Part shown: piece after piece, positions 14,501 through 28,372 of the stretch
How the letters are laid out: every line of letters starts with the position of its first letter
Numbering within the stretch: position 1 is the stretch's first letter
Assembly: GCF_964204645.1 (NCBI RefSeq)
Contig: NC_134028.1
Span: 24,486,345-24,550,344 of the forward strand
Source: Tubulanus polymorphus
Taxonomy: Eukaryota > Animalia > Nemertea
Direction of reading: 5' to 3'
DNA length: 64,000 bases
Notes under the pieces: model-generated
The model's input: the letters and a program-made list of their open reading frames with translations, nothing else
Told to the model about the DNA's origin: nothing
Databases searched by the model: none
Program-made: the position numbers and the translations under genes

Positions 14501-15128
14501 CATAATACTGCTGAAAAGGCTTATGTAATTATGGAAGGAATGCTGTGATATTGATAGTTTTTGGATTCGATGGTGGAGTATACTGTGTAAATATTAGATA
14601 TTCATGTAATTCAACTTGATGACCAGCTCTGATTTTCCACACCACGTATAGAACCTATCGAATATTCACTCATCACGCGGAAGGTATAAGACAATTCGAT
14701 ATATTCCTCCCGCGGCCGCCGCGCCGGAATTTCCTAATTTTCCAAGTAGATTTATAGAAATCTATAAAAACTAATTATCTTTATTTACTAAAAACAATAA
14801 CCACCACGCGGTACTTATAGATAATAGCGTGAAAACCACCGCCGTTCACAGTTCGGTAAAAAGATTTGTCGACCTCTCAAAAATAACGTGTGCAGAAAAG
14901 CAATTATCACTTCAATCCACTGCGCTTATCGCTGAAGCACCATTGGGAAGTCATTTACCGATGTTTGCTACGAACGATTTCTCAAATACGCTCTCCTTCT
15001 CGAACAACATAACGTATGTTGAATTTAGCTTTTTACGCCTTTCTTATTTCGAAATAACATACGCCCAAAATCTTCTTTTTGACGCCGTAAAAACCGTTAC
15101 ATTAATGTTTATATACATCGATACCTAG

Positions 15129-15490
15129 TATGCGTTATAAGGGGTTCTGTGTGAGTCGATGTGCACTACGTCATCAATATTGGCGTTTCAAAATAACAGT
15201 TACATGTGTGAATTTTGACGTTTATTTTCTAATTAAACATACTTCATGACTTATTTTAATTTCTGTATTAATTTTGATAAACATTTTTTGAGAGAATGTG
15301 TACATCGTCATCAATATATCCGGGCTAGACTGGTTGCCGGTCAATTCAATTTAATTTTCGTTATTTTTAATCCAAAGAAACTAACTGATCTTATATTATA
15401 TGATTTATATTATAGTGATAATTGTCGACAATGTTAAGCAGTATATATATTATTTTTCAAGGTGTCGACAAACTTTTAAGTTAGATTTCT
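15129..15490 (+). repeat. Diverged direct repeat, copy 1 (empty site)
   Basis: Aligns by eye with 17171-17868 (ATGCGTTATA..GTTCTGTG.GAGT.GATGTG.ACTACGTCATCA.TATTGGCGTTTCAAAATA ... TCAAGG.GTC.A.AAACTTT.AAGTTAG). Confidence 0.75.
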
Positions 15491-16139
15491 TGTTGATGCC
15501 TGAATCGAACAATAAATGGCTTATATCTAAAAACGGCGGCATTTCCTTGAAAATTGTATGACTTAGCAATTGGTAGCTTTATACGTCATCGTTTGAGTAT
15601 ACGGATATCTGAATACGATGACCTTGACATTGTTAAACACCGAACTTCATAATCAAAACGCATAAAAGAGAATATTCTACGGCGCGGTCTTAAATCAGGC
15701 GACGATATAAAACGTATCTTAGTTTAGAATAGCAACTCATTTTATAGGCGTATCTAACCATACGCCGAACAAGAAATATCGTTGATAAGGTCGGATGATA
15801 GCAGCCAGACGCGCGATACGCTCGCAAGAAAAAGACAAGATCCGCCGCGTATATATTCAAAAAAATGGAGGCTTTACGTAACTGTCATCGTAGCCACTTC
15901 GTAAAATGCTGATAGCGGCAACTTTAATGTTTTTGTAAAAGAAAACTTCGCGTGATGCGCATTAAATATTTACATATTTTAGCGGCGCAATAAATAAACA
16001 TGATAAGATTTTTGTCTTTAAACTCGCGGATAATAAAAACGCGCAGTAAAAGACACTTTGTATGTGTTTTTATTTGAAAATCATAAAAATGTGAGCGTCA
16101 TGGATAGAGAAATTCTACGCCGGCAAGAACCAGAGAAAC

Positions 16140-16208
16140 TCTGTCGCCACCAGTATTCGAACCCGAAACCTATGACGATCCGTCTTTAACCACTCGGCCA
16201 TTGCGGCT
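16140..16208 (-). mobile_element. tRNA-derived SINE-like head
   Basis: Minus strand has Pol III A-box TGGCCGAGTGG and B-box GGTTCGAATAC. The anticodon arm is degenerate, so no intact cloverleaf. Confidence 0.55.
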
Positions 16209-17170
16209 CTAGATATTTCGTTTGAGGCCATGATGTTTTGAGCACATAATGATATGGTACAATAAATTTTCTCGTTAGACGTGAGGATAAGGTATAGAGT
16301 TAGAGTTAGATAAAGGAAATGTTGAAGAAAAAAACGAGTAATGATCTCTCAGTAAATCAAAAGATTGGAAGTAACATAAAGCATCGTTGAATCGGCTCCT
16401 GACGCGCGGTATGCTTTAATTCATTGTGATCTAATTGATATAACCAGTATCCGCAATAAGAAGCAAAAACGTTTCCTCCACTCACGACAACGCGTGCGAT
16501 ACTGTACGTCAGGATTTATTACGTTTATCCGTGAGTGCGAATTCCAGCGGTGAGCACCTCGGTCGAATCGACACGGCCGAATTTACGACCGCCGTTATAC
16601 GCCTTGAGATGACAATAATAAAGCAAAGAAAAAGCGTCGGTTATGGTCGGGTCGTTTCTCGGGAGAAATATCGCTACTTAGCCGTAGTCGATGGTCTGCG
16701 AGAATGTTGCGTCCGAACGGGAAAAGGGAATGGAATCAAATCAACTCTTATAAAAGAATTACCGGTTTCTCGCGCTATCAGTCATACGTTCTACTATACG
16801 GGAATGATTGGATAGATTATTTGAAGAACGCGTTGCATTCAGTTATAAGAAATAGGGAATAAGCGAAATTCAATGAAGAAAAAATGTGCAAACCATTGCG
16901 TGGCAATTCGAATATTTCGGAACGTTTTTTATTCAAATATTGTATATCCCCCACCCTTGTAACACGGCGTAACAAAATTCTGGACACTCCCGCGCGCATC
17001 CATGGCGTTTGTTTGAACCGGGATCCTATGCCTTGCTGTTATTTTATTTTTCACGAAGCCAGCAGGACAGAAGATTCCCAGAATCTCAGCTTGAATTCCA
17101 TTGCCACATAAATAAGAAGCAAGAACGCATTTTTACGAAGATTTCTCATTCAATACCTCTCATTGATACC

Positions 17171-17868
17171 ATGCGTTATATAAGGTGTTCTGTGGGAGTT
17201 GATGTGAACTACGTCATCAGTATTGGCGTTTCAAAATATCAAAAACAATTGAGAATTTTGACGTTTATTTTGCATCTAATTATATTTCATAACCCTTATT
17301 TCATATTTAATAAATTTCAATATCATTTTATGATGAATTTTTGAGTGGATGTGCTATATATCATCAATATTGCATCCTCGCTTGCCAGGGGTCCGGTATC
17401 ACTCCCGAACTCGCTTCCACCAGCCCCCTGGCCTCACGAAGCGTGATTTCATTACTGGCGCTGTTGCGCGTGACGTCATATATCGATTTGCGAAACACTT
17501 CCTTGTTCGGTAAAACGTTCGCTGATTGGTCAATTTAACGGGAAACCAACAGAAGTCTACTGACGGTTTGTTACAAGCGCTGTGATTGGTACGACCGAAT
17601 TCTGGTCGGCTAGTAACGACTCCAACGACTCGTGAGGTCAAGGGGTTCGGGGAACAGCTTTAGCGTAGTGGGTTCGAATCCCTTGACGGGTGAAGATGCA
17701 ATATTGGGACTAGCCTGGTTAGACTGGTTTACGGTCCATTCGTTGTCGATATATTTAAATTCAATGATTGATCCTTGATATCACGTTTTATTATTCACCG
17801 TTGATAATATTAGGCATATATGTGTAATTTTTCTTCAAGGCGTCAATAAACTTTCAAGTTAGTTTTCT
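17171..17868 (+). repeat. Diverged direct repeat, copy 2 (interrupted by a transposon)
   Basis: Homologous to 15129-15490 on both sides of the 17373-17698 insertion. Confidence 0.75.
17373..17698 (+). mobile_element. Non-autonomous DNA transposon (about 326 bp), CATCCTCGC...GTGAAGATG family
   Basis: Short imperfect TIRs; 8-bp TSD CAATATTG (17365-17372 and 17699-17706); inverted copy at 41141-41443. Confidence 0.85.
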
Positions 17869-19527
17869 TAGTTCCATATTTCTCTAAATCTATTCATTCG
17901 TCTGTTTGTTTTGATGGATTTGATTTAGATATTCTCGCAGAGCTGGGGCGACACTAATAACGGACGCGTTCGATGAAAAACTCGATTAATAATCTCATTA
18001 AAACTCGGAATTTTGATCGTCATGGGAAAACGGCACGCATAAGCGTCTGGTGCATCGAGTTTCTTTGATTTCATGATCGTAACAAATAGTGAATGGAGTC
18101 GCAACGCTTTTACACACCGCCAGCAGCTAGTTTTGCAACATCCAGTTTGATAGTAGAAGGGGATCGATTCTAAAATCATGGATTAAAACAGGTCTAAGAC
18201 CAACTTCATTCTATAGTCAATCTAACAACTACGACCACTTTAGAACTTAAATCTTGCCAATGGTACAGATACCCGGGGTTCTAAATCTTCTAATTTATCT
18301 ATTCAGTTGGTTACGCAAAATGTGAAACAGCATACGAATTTCTACAAATACAATTGTCGACCTTGACCTTTGAGGAGGATGCGTGGTGGTAAAGTATTCA
18401 ATTTTGGAAAAATTTAAAACATCATCAGACACATTTGAAAAAGCACCAGTTGGTTATGAAACTAATTATAAGGATGAAAGTGGACACAGTCCTTTGTAAT
18501 GAATATCGATATTGCTAGCATCAAAAAGCTGTTTCTATACGCGCAAAGAAATGCCTCACACTTAGGAGCGTGCATTCCCACATCGATTATCCAATTGTAA
18601 TCTGAAAAATGTGTTACAATTTATGAAACGGGAAACCGGCAAGCGCGGATCCGGCACAATCTAGCAATGAAATATTAAACACACGCTCGACGCTATCGGT
18701 CACACGACGATCGAAAATAAAGAGCGCACAGAAGCTCGATCCACACAGATCTAAATCTGTTTCTAGAATCTGTTCTCCGCCATCCCACGCCATTTTTTCG
18801 CGTATTATTCGTTCAAAGTAAGAGCAATCGATACGGTTTTGAAAACAATTCCATTATGATATCGATGTTCTTAACAATCGACATACCGTAATGTCTGTTT
18901 CGAGCAACTCTATACATCACAGCTGGTCTGATATATCATATCAGTTATAATGCTTTGTATTTGAGGCAAAAAAAACCCTGATTTTTCCTATAGGGAGTCA
19001 ATAAATCAATTCCCCTTTTTAAAGACGAATCAATGACAAGACCAGTCACACGCATTAGTCCCCTGAGGAGAGATTTTCCATTTTACCAAGGTTGTCATAA
19101 TCAATACCCTCTCGTGGAACCGGGTTTTTGTAGTTTTTACTAATAGTAATTGGCGATGAACTGATTTTGTTGCGAGAATGCATTTGTTTCAAATCAAAAC
19201 TATTGCTTATAGCTTACGAATAATATTTGCGTATATCTTAACGGTATTGAGTGATATAATTGCTACTTGACTTTAAAATCCTAAACGATAGAACAGTATC
19301 GAATGACCAGCTGCAGAGAACTGCAAATGTTTTGCTGGTAAATTACTTCCGTCTGGCGAAACGATTCGGCGGAAGTGACGACAGAAAGTAGTGTGCGTCG
19401 CCGGAGCAGTTTCCTATGATTTCCATTTATTTCGTTTGGTCGATTCCGAAGAAAATATGACTAAAATAAAACGTAGAATACAGACGGCTGCTAAATGAGG
19501 AGTTGGCGAGGGGAGCCACGATTGGCA

Positions 19528-19660
19528 CATCCTTGCTTGCCAGGGTTTGGTTACCATTTGCCGAAGCTCACGCCAACACAAACCCTGACCGCAAACCCAG
19601 GCCAACTTGTGTTGGCGTGAGCCTCTACGGGAGGCAATCAAGCCCTGGCAAGCGAGGATG
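19528..19660. mobile_element. 133-bp palindromic MITE sharing the CATCCTYGCTTGCCAGGG terminus
   Basis: TIR CATCCTTGCTTGCCAGGG/CCCTGGCAAGCGAGGATG plus inner inverted repeat GCTCACGCCAACACAA/TTGTGTTGGCGTGAGC. Confidence 0.8.
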
Positions 19661-22600
19661 AAATTGTACTAAAATGTAAGATGATAAAGGCTCTAAGTAT
19701 TATCAGTAGCTATTAGCTATAGCAACTGAATCGACTATAAATTATGAAATAGATGATAAGCCGTTCTTTGTAGAGCTTTATGATATGCTATTTCACTAAT
19801 GGGAAAAACTATCGTGACTAGAAGTTATTCAGAATCGAAATGGTGAACTATTTTGAATACGCAATCTATACGTTATTTTCATAATAACAGGCGTTGTTGG
19901 TTATGAATAAATGTAGATTGCATTTAAATGCATCTCTGAGTTCGGTGTTTATTTTATTAAAAACTCGACCGGTAATCACAGGAAACATACATCAAATAAA
20001 CGGCTCGAAATATCGAAGTTAATAATAGCGGGGCTTTCAAAACATTCTTGATTCGAGAATCGTTGAGCCACATATCGTAGCGTAAGATGATTTGAGTGCG
20101 TGGTGGTTCAAGAAGCGTTCCTCTGTACCTTTCACCCGCCGCCCTGTAGTCTACACTTATTAGAAGGGCTTCATTTAATAGGGAGGAATTTCTGTGAAGT
20201 ATATGATGTAGAACTCAGATATACAGTGTAAGCATATATACAGCAAATCAAGCTTCACAACAAGAAACTGATGCAAAATATGATCAACGCATATAGAAAA
20301 ATGTCATCAACATACCAGCACAGCTTAGCAACACAATACAACTAGGAAATTACATTTGTTAACATTGATTATAGAAAATTCAATGTCGTTGTATATAGAA
20401 AATCTGGCCCCCGTTCAATACTTTTTTTTAAATTAATATACATCAATGATTGGTACATCAAGGATATCTAAGGTTCGATTGATAGAAAGCGAGTAATAAT
20501 GTTTAATACAAGCTGTTACAACGCCGTTATCATAATCCGACATCTGTCAAATTGATTTGCGAATAGTAATGATAATACGCGTGTTGAAGTCGAGATAAAT
20601 CTGAAAATTATAGGATCCGTTGGATTCGTGGATTGGATAGTGCTTTAGATCTTAAAACGCTTCAGAAACCAACTTGAATTCGTGTTTGACTTAAAATCTG
20701 GATCCAATTCCTTAAATCGCCAGTTTATCGAATATAGAGTTGAGAAAAGAAGTTACCAAGCTCAGATCTAAGGAATCGGGTCCAGGGGCCGCACAACTGA
20801 CGAAAGCTTATACTAAGCGTAGTCGGTTGGTTACCAGTGTTCATGACAGTTAAGCGACGAACTAGGCAGATAACGAGCTTTCGTGAATATTTCGTAAAGC
20901 TTACCTTAACTACGGAAATCCGAGGTAAGCCGAAGCCTCGTCCCGCACCGCATTTTGTGGCCGTGACCAGATCAGCGGCGGTAGGTCAAATACGATTTTA
21001 ATCCAGACAGGAAACCGACCGCGTACATACAAATAATCCTATTAAGTATAAACTTATCAGGCCGCGTAATGTTAGCGATAATGTTTATACTTCACTTAGA
21101 AGAGAAACCTTCACAGCGTCATCGACTACGTGAGATTTGTTGCACATGCGGCGCTGTTTGATATATAGATACGTCGTGTAATATACAAAATCCGAATGAC
21201 GATTTCTGTGTCGAATGATAAAAAAACTGACGACGTATTATCATTATCATCGCCGCGTGAACGTTTTTCGACCATTTCCTGGCACGAAGATATACCTCCT
21301 CGCGAAGGTCGAGTTTACTGGTAACACAGGCGCGCGCTCTACGATCTCCTTCCTTTCACCCAATTACTTTCCGTTCAGTTCGTGATTCCGATAAATACTG
21401 TTTTCCGTGTGTAACACACGCTCATTTTATTGCATCTTTACGATGACGTTCGATCGGGCATTGATACTCGGCAAGTGGCAATCGCGTATTTCCGGGAAGC
21501 TTTCTCGGGCAGACACGGTTTTCAAGGTCCGCTCGCTTCTAGAATTCGAACGTACTACGTTTGATAATCGCGTACAACTTATCACTGATGCACCTGCAAA
21601 AAAACAAACGCGATATATTTACCGAACTAACTCTTGAAAAGCGAGAGAGTGTTTCAAAACATCTGCCCGTTACGATGCTCTATAGGCGTTAGATATCACA
21701 CACTCTCTGACAACACGACAGCCATTTGGTTATAAACGGTCGTACTCTTTTATTAGAGAATAAACAATATATATATTTGCTTTCTTTTAAAGAAAACACC
21801 GAAGATGCGATGTAAACGGCGCCGCTGGAAACTAAACTCGCCCGGCACACTTAACGCGAGAAACAAGAGTGAAGTGTCGTGATATGAATTTTGAATAATC
21901 TGTTGCCTATAAATTCCTAATCGCGGCGTATATCTACTGCGATAAAGGAATGCCGCCACTGTCGCCTGTGCACTTTAGGCCTTTCCTACGTGATAAGAGA
22001 CCGTTGAGGGCATTGTGCTCGCGATGATAAGTCCCGAATTTAAGATATCTGAAATCAAATACAAGTTGGTTATAGGGCCTATACACAGACGAGCGCTTTC
22101 GACTCTGTGTGGAAGGGATCGCCTATTTCACGGAACAAGTTACGTTAGTCATGATGACAATTTGATAAAACGCTAAGTCGTTTCGTGAAACAAATCCCGA
22201 TTATCGGTAGAACGAGGTAAAAAAATATAGACATAAGCCGCAGATGGTGCAAAATTCGTCAAATTGTTTGCTATCACCAAACGATGAGCCTATGAACTTA
22301 CTATCTACGTGTGTGCGTGATATGTGACTGTCCTAAGAAAATGTCAGTTTATTTTGGAACTAGACCAAGAAATAATTTAATATCGGATTTGATGTTGTTC
22401 AAAAATATGAATATATGATGCCGCATATTATGTATATAAACAGCGTGTCGAAAAAATGTTCAAAGCTTTCTGGTGTAGAAATTACAAAATATCATGAAAA
22501 TGAAACCACAAAATTTTTTTAGAAATAATACTCGTCTGATAAGCTAACTACCTTGTTACAATCCGGAAGTTGACAAATACTGCTTCATTTTGCTTGCAAA

Positions 22601-22901
22601 CGATAAACCGTTATAATTACTGTCGGGTTGTTGAAGAATTGGCGCGAGGGAGCGAGGGAAACCCTGACTAAAAAATCCTGTCGAAATTGCATTCAGCACG
22701 CTTAATAACCGAATTAATTTCCAGGCATTTCAAAGAGCTCCATTGTGGCGACGGCGTTGACTGTGTCAAGACGAAAAAGACACACATATTATAGCTAAGA
22801 TTTATTTCTAAATATTTATGGTCTTGACCCCGAAATTCGGGTCACAATTCAGCGGTCATGTAAGGATAACAACCTATTAAGTCAAATTATCTCGGCAGTA
22901 G

Positions 22902-23053
<152 letters not shown>

Positions 23054-25085
23054 AGTACAGACGTATATCAATGAGAACTCTTGTGTCATGATATTATACA
23101 CTATTGTCGCACTTTTTCGCGGGAGAATTTTAGCTTTCGTTATCGTGATAACGCTATAAGATGCAGCCGTACATTTGCTACTGTATATAAGCTATCGTTT
23201 AACTAAATCTCATGACAAAAAGCCATACGAAGAGCTAGCTGTATAATGCTAGACAAAGGCGTAACGGGTAAAGATGTCGAAACCGCAGTATAACCATGTC
23301 CAAGCTGATTTATCCGTTTTATTTGTGATCGTATATTATATTCATAAGAGGAAAAAAAAACCGGCTGCCGAATTATTAGTTTTTCGGTAAATGATGTGAG
23401 TCAACAAGCAAACAAGACTTACTGTAATAATACTGTAATAATGCATTAAGGAGTTTCGTGATATAATCAAATTACAAGTGTTTTCGGCATCGGTTTCGGA
23501 CATCAATCATTATACGTCTCCTCCCGATGCTATAGATCTTCACTCGTTCCACTCTCAAAATTGCGTTATGAAACAGCGTCTAATTTTATGTAACGATTTT
23601 CTAATGCGACGATAATATCAGAAATCCAAAACTTACAATTCAACGTGCGTATTAAAATAACTATAAGTAATATTTCAGTTCTACTCGCTGTTGCAATTTG
23701 CCGGTGATGCGTTACTCGTATTTTCGTAGATGTTCCTGGCCGATTGAAATGTTAATTTTCCGCTAAAACATCTGCCAACCGAATGAATTACCTCGCACAA
23801 AATATGTCAATGTGTCAGTTAAATTTACTTAATGGGTTTTTTCCGGGAAATCGAAGTAATTAAATTCAATAAAGGCCAATGTAGAATATATTGACGGCGT
23901 GTTTTACTATGTGCTGTATTGTAATAGTTCGAGACGGTGCCGATTCTGTCGTTTTATTGATTTATGCTTCTTGCAAAAATGAAATTTTTAAATTTCCTTA
24001 AAACCGGTATGACAACCTAAATGGTGATAAGTTTTTAAGAGAGAGAGAAAATAGTGAAAAGCGAAACGGCTAAATCGACATATACACGGCTCTATCTACC
24101 ATTTTCTAACATACAAAAGTTTAAACGAAGTTTAAAATGGATGGGAAATTTTGATAAGCATACAGCATAGCCGCTGCGTTGAAGACGACATTTCAGACGG
24201 CCTTCTTTTTTCATTTCTACTAATTAGATAATCTGTAACTCGTCCAAGAATCGGCCACAAAAAGATGATTAATAGACTGCTCGGATTCTGAACAGGTATC
24301 GAGTTTATTATAAAAGCCTCTGACGAGGCCCATTATGTCATTAGTCAGTAAAGCTTATTAAAAAGATCCATATATTATACGTGCATACTCACTTGAAAAA
24401 TGATCCAACATAAAATTCATCCGTAAGATAATATACATTTAGTATCGAGAGAAATTACGTTTGGGTTTTCTCTAAGCGAGCGTCGGTGAACGTATTGTAA
24501 AACGGTTGTTGTAGATAACGTGCATACTCGAATTGAATACGAATCCATCCTGACCCACAAACCCAAATATGACAAATGAAAACATACTTTTTATCTGTCT
24601 ATTTACACCTCAGAGAGACACCGGGGAAATTCTGTGATAGAAAAAAAATGTGTCAAAAACATCGCGCGTAACAAGGTGTCATTGTGTGCTAACGCGCGGG
24701 ATCGATTATCACCTAAAACAGGATATGTTAAAGCTCAATTTGTGTTTTCTTTTATCTGAAGAGATTTTATGCGTGTGTAACAACATAATATGAATGGAAT
24801 ATGCAATTCTACTTCAAGCAAGTTTAATGAATATTTGGATAGCAAAAACGCGGAACAATCGAATGGCTCGTTCAAGGTGTAGGTTTTGGTCACCGAAGAC
24901 CGCATAGAAAAAGTGAACCCAGATAACGAAAGCAGTCCGTAACTAAAATATTCTCTACTACTCATAAGCACAGTCGTGAGTGAACTCCAAACGTGGTCCG
25001 AACCCCCTCAGAATACCACAGCGTAACTACCTCAATATACTTTGGGGGTAAAATGAGGGTTCCAATTTGATGCTGATGTTCCATA

Positions 25086-25537
25086 AACCCTTTGAGTATC
25101 CAGTGTACTATCGTATGACATTCCCAGTTGAGGATTTTCTAAATATTGAAAATTTCAAATGAGTCTTCATATTATGTATCATAATATCTGGAAATGGCAT
25201 TTTTCCATTAATTTCCCACTCAAATGAAAATATTAAGGACGGATTGAGAGAGTTGAAAGTTCACCAGTATTAGCTGGATTTTTTCTGGAACACGTTGAAT
25301 CTGAATTACTTTGTCAAGGTGTTTTCCCTCCTTGTGGTTAAGATATGTTGATGCTGTTTTGTGTTTAGTGTCCGATTCTTTCAATGTTAAATATTTTCTA
25401 AACTTTCTCAACTCTCTTCCCGTCCTTAAAATGTCCATTTGAGTGGGGAATGAATGGGAAAATGCCATTTCCAATTGAGGATACTGGGCCGTCACTTTAT
25501 AGGGTATATCATACTCTCTAGAGGTACACTGAGGGTT
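25086..25537. mobile_element. Old, diverged MITE/foldback element
   Basis: Imperfect inverted arms at about 25189-25261 and 25402-25472 (GGAAATGGCATTTT.CCATT.ATT.CCCACTCAAATG); weaker outer AACCCT...AGGGTT termini. Confidence 0.6.
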
Positions 25538-27047
25538 ACGCAAATCTTAATTAAGTTTGATATTACGTTGTTAGATTGGCTACAGAACTGAGATGGTTTC
25601 CCTATAAGCCATGATTGGTGGCCCGAGTTTTTTTTATGAACAATAAGACATCTTATATAATCTAATGAATGATATAATGTCCTCTGTTATACATATACGT
25701 GTTTGATTGAAAATCTCAAGGTCACACACGTGGCCGGGCGCAGACCTTCGCTATTTGAGTTTTATATTTGACTTTTAGACGCGTGACATTTATAAACCAG
25801 ACAAAAAAGTATTTAAACCGTATTTTATTCCGGGGTCTACGGGTACAACTTGACGTCGTTGAATGAAGAAGTTTTTATCGGCAGTAAACTGGTTCCATAT
25901 TATGTGGGTTAAGATAAATTTATGGAGGGCTGGAGCTAACTTTACCTATCTCAGTTGATAAACGCGTAAATGTCGGGCTATAGGTCCCCGTTTTGTCTAT
26001 TTTGCTTAAAATAAGCTTCAATTTCAAGTAAATATCTTAAGTCTCCAATTCCCGTAAAAGAAGACTATCAGAGATTTGACAACACTGATGTTTCTATAGA
26101 GACACGCAATAGCAAACAGGGGAAACGGTAACAAATGGCAGGGAATGTATTAATGTGTCTTTCGTGTAAACGCAACAAAAATGAGTTCATCAAAAAAGAT
26201 AATGCCTTACGCAGTACTTACTTAAAATGTCTTGAATGAAATATATCGATGATAAACTCTCTGCCACACGACTGTTTAGCCTTCTCTGATAACCGCTAAC
26301 AAATAACGGGAAAGCGATTCTTTTCGTCGTCGATTGTTTTACCATTAGACCGGCTTATCGTCGTTATTGGATGATAATCGCACGGACGTCTTACTCGGGA
26401 GCGTGAGACAATCGAAATAAGCCGGTTTATCAGTTAAAACAGTTCTCACACACTTCATCATTTGCCATGATGATGATGATGATGATGATGATAACATCGT
26501 GAAATATCGCAGAATACTAATTGTAGTCCGAAAATTCGGAGAAATTCCGGATGATTTTTTCACTCGTTTGATACGCGCTGTATCTGGTTACTATCGGATG
26601 TTGATATCTTATAATTGATACAAATGTATCGTCGAATAATTAATCCAGGCCTACACGTGTGTTATCGGGCTGCCCGGTTTAACATCATAAATCCATTTCA
26701 GATAGACTAACTGAATTGATTAAGAAATCAAATCGAGTTAACCCCGAAACTACGGACAGTATAACGAATAGCTACAGCAGAGTTTACAGAAAGAATTCTC
26801 TAAAAAAAAAGTTGGGACACGAACCCGACCCTATCTTCTCCGTTAACACGCTTGATCAAGCTAAGTTTTTCAAATTGTGGTAAATGAGTTTCTCAGCTTT
26901 TGTGGCCATTGGTTCAATGCCGGCATCGTAAACCGTTGGTCACTTGATCGTTCTGGCCATCCATTTTTCGTTGACTTGGTTGGAGATTTCGGATATATTA
27001 TGTATATATATATGAAAAATCCTGTTTGGAAAATCGCCCCGGGTGAC

Positions 27048-27130
27048 AACGCATTAGCAGGGTTTATTTCACATACAGCGATACAGCAGATATTTCACAA
27101 ACGCATTAGCAGGGTTTATTTCACATACAG
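27048..27130 (+). repeat. 31-bp perfect direct repeat (2 copies) upstream of the GPCR
   Basis: AACGCATTAGCAGGGTTTATTTCACATACAG at 27048 and 27100. Confidence 0.85.
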
Positions 27131-27313
27131 TGTTCAATATCATGTTTTTGTCTTAACCGTGTTTGGCTTGCTGTGAAAATTACCACGTATTTCTCCACGG
27201 AGTTGCGCTGGAAATCGTCTTCCAATGGCGACGTGTTGGGATCAAACATCTGACTTGTAAAACATTTAGCTTTTGAGTCAAGGTTTTAGAAAAGACTGAC
27301 GAGAAAATCGAAA

Positions 27314-28372
27314 ATGAATGGAACCGTAAATATTACGGCAAGTGCTCTGCAGCCTGGTGGTGACGACAGCGGAATATACGAGCGTTCATCACTACCAGGC
27401 TTCCCGGGTGCGACCATAGACTTCATGTCGGGCAGCGAACAGTTAAAAACCAGATACGGCGCTATTCTCTTCCTTGTCGGCTATTTCGTGATAATTGTCG
27501 TCGGATTTATCGGTAATTCGACGACTATTTTGATCATGTGCCGGAAAGTCATGCGCCGACATTCGTATTCCGTTTATATTATTTTCATAGCGATAATTGA
27601 TAACTGTTGTTTAAGTATTTGTGCCGTAGCTTGGCTCAGCGTGTCCGCGTATCTGCTCACCGGACGGCGTATCAAAACACCTTTCTCCGCGTCTTACCTG
27701 GGATGCGTTATTTCAGATTATATCGTCCAGTTGATATATTACATCAGTTTGTGGATTATGGTTACCCTATCGTTAGAACGGTTTGTTGTAGTTTTCTTCC
27801 CACTGATTTCGAAGCAAATCTGCACCAGCAGAAATGCAACAATAGCAACTTCTTTGACGTTTTTGTTACCGGCCCTGTTTTGTTTATATTTCCCTTTATA
27901 CCCGGCATATCGTGATATCAGTTCCTATCCGGCCGGGCCTTATTTCTCTTACCGCGGGGTTTGTTGGTATATGAATAAGCCTGCCCGGATAGCTATGAAA
28001 CTAAAAGCGTCGAACACCATCATCGCTACCTTACTCGTTTCGGCAATTAACGGTGCGATGATTTTAAAATTACGTATCTCAAGACATAAATTCGAACATA
28101 AGAAAAACAGAAATGATAAAGTCAATAGAACGACGGTAGTACTGATTCTAATCGCTGTGTCCTTCGTTGTCGGTATGATTCCAACAGTAATCGGATATTT
28201 GGTGAATTATTTGTTAAGAGTCATATCTGATTTTGAAATGTCGGATATCGGCTGGGGTGTACTGTTTAATATGCAAGATCTGTTCAATGCTCTTACACAC
28301 GCGACGAATTTTTTTATCTATCTAACCGGTGCTGAGATGCGAACTGAATTCTTGAAACTGATCAAAATGTGA
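27314..28372 (+). CDS. Intronless class A (rhodopsin-like) GPCR, orphan peptide/FMRFamide-receptor-like group
   Basis: 352 aa with seven hydrophobic segments. N-glycosylation sequons in the N-terminus (NGT, NIT), TM1 GFIGN, TM2 IAIID, TM3 C...LSLERFVVVFFPL, TM6 FVVGMIP, TM7 THATNFFIY, helix 8 EMRTEFLKL. Confidence 0.93.
   Translation: MNGTVNITASALQPGGDDSGIYERSSLPGFPGATIDFMSGSEQLKTRYGAILFLVGYFVIIVVGFIGNSTTILIMCRKVMRRHSYSVYIIFIAIIDNCCLSICAVAWLSVSAYLLTGRRIKTPFSASYLGCVISDYIVQLIYYISLWIMVTLSLERFVVVFFPLISKQICTSRNATIATSLTFLLPALFCLYFPLYPAYRDISSYPAGPYFSYRGVCWYMNKPARIAMKLKASNTIIATLLVSAINGAMILKLRISRHKFEHKKNRNDKVNRTTVVLILIAVSFVVGMIPTVIGYLVNYLLRVISDFEMSDIGWGVLFNMQDLFNALTHATNFFIYLTGAEMRTEFLKLIKM

Noticed and set aside
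16140-16208. tRNA gene
   Set aside because: A and B boxes are present but there is no proper anticodon arm; SINE-like instead
17341-17641. Similar short ORFs at 17.4 kb and 41.3 kb (GGWWKRVRE)
   Set aside because: The similarity reflects two copies of one non-coding transposon
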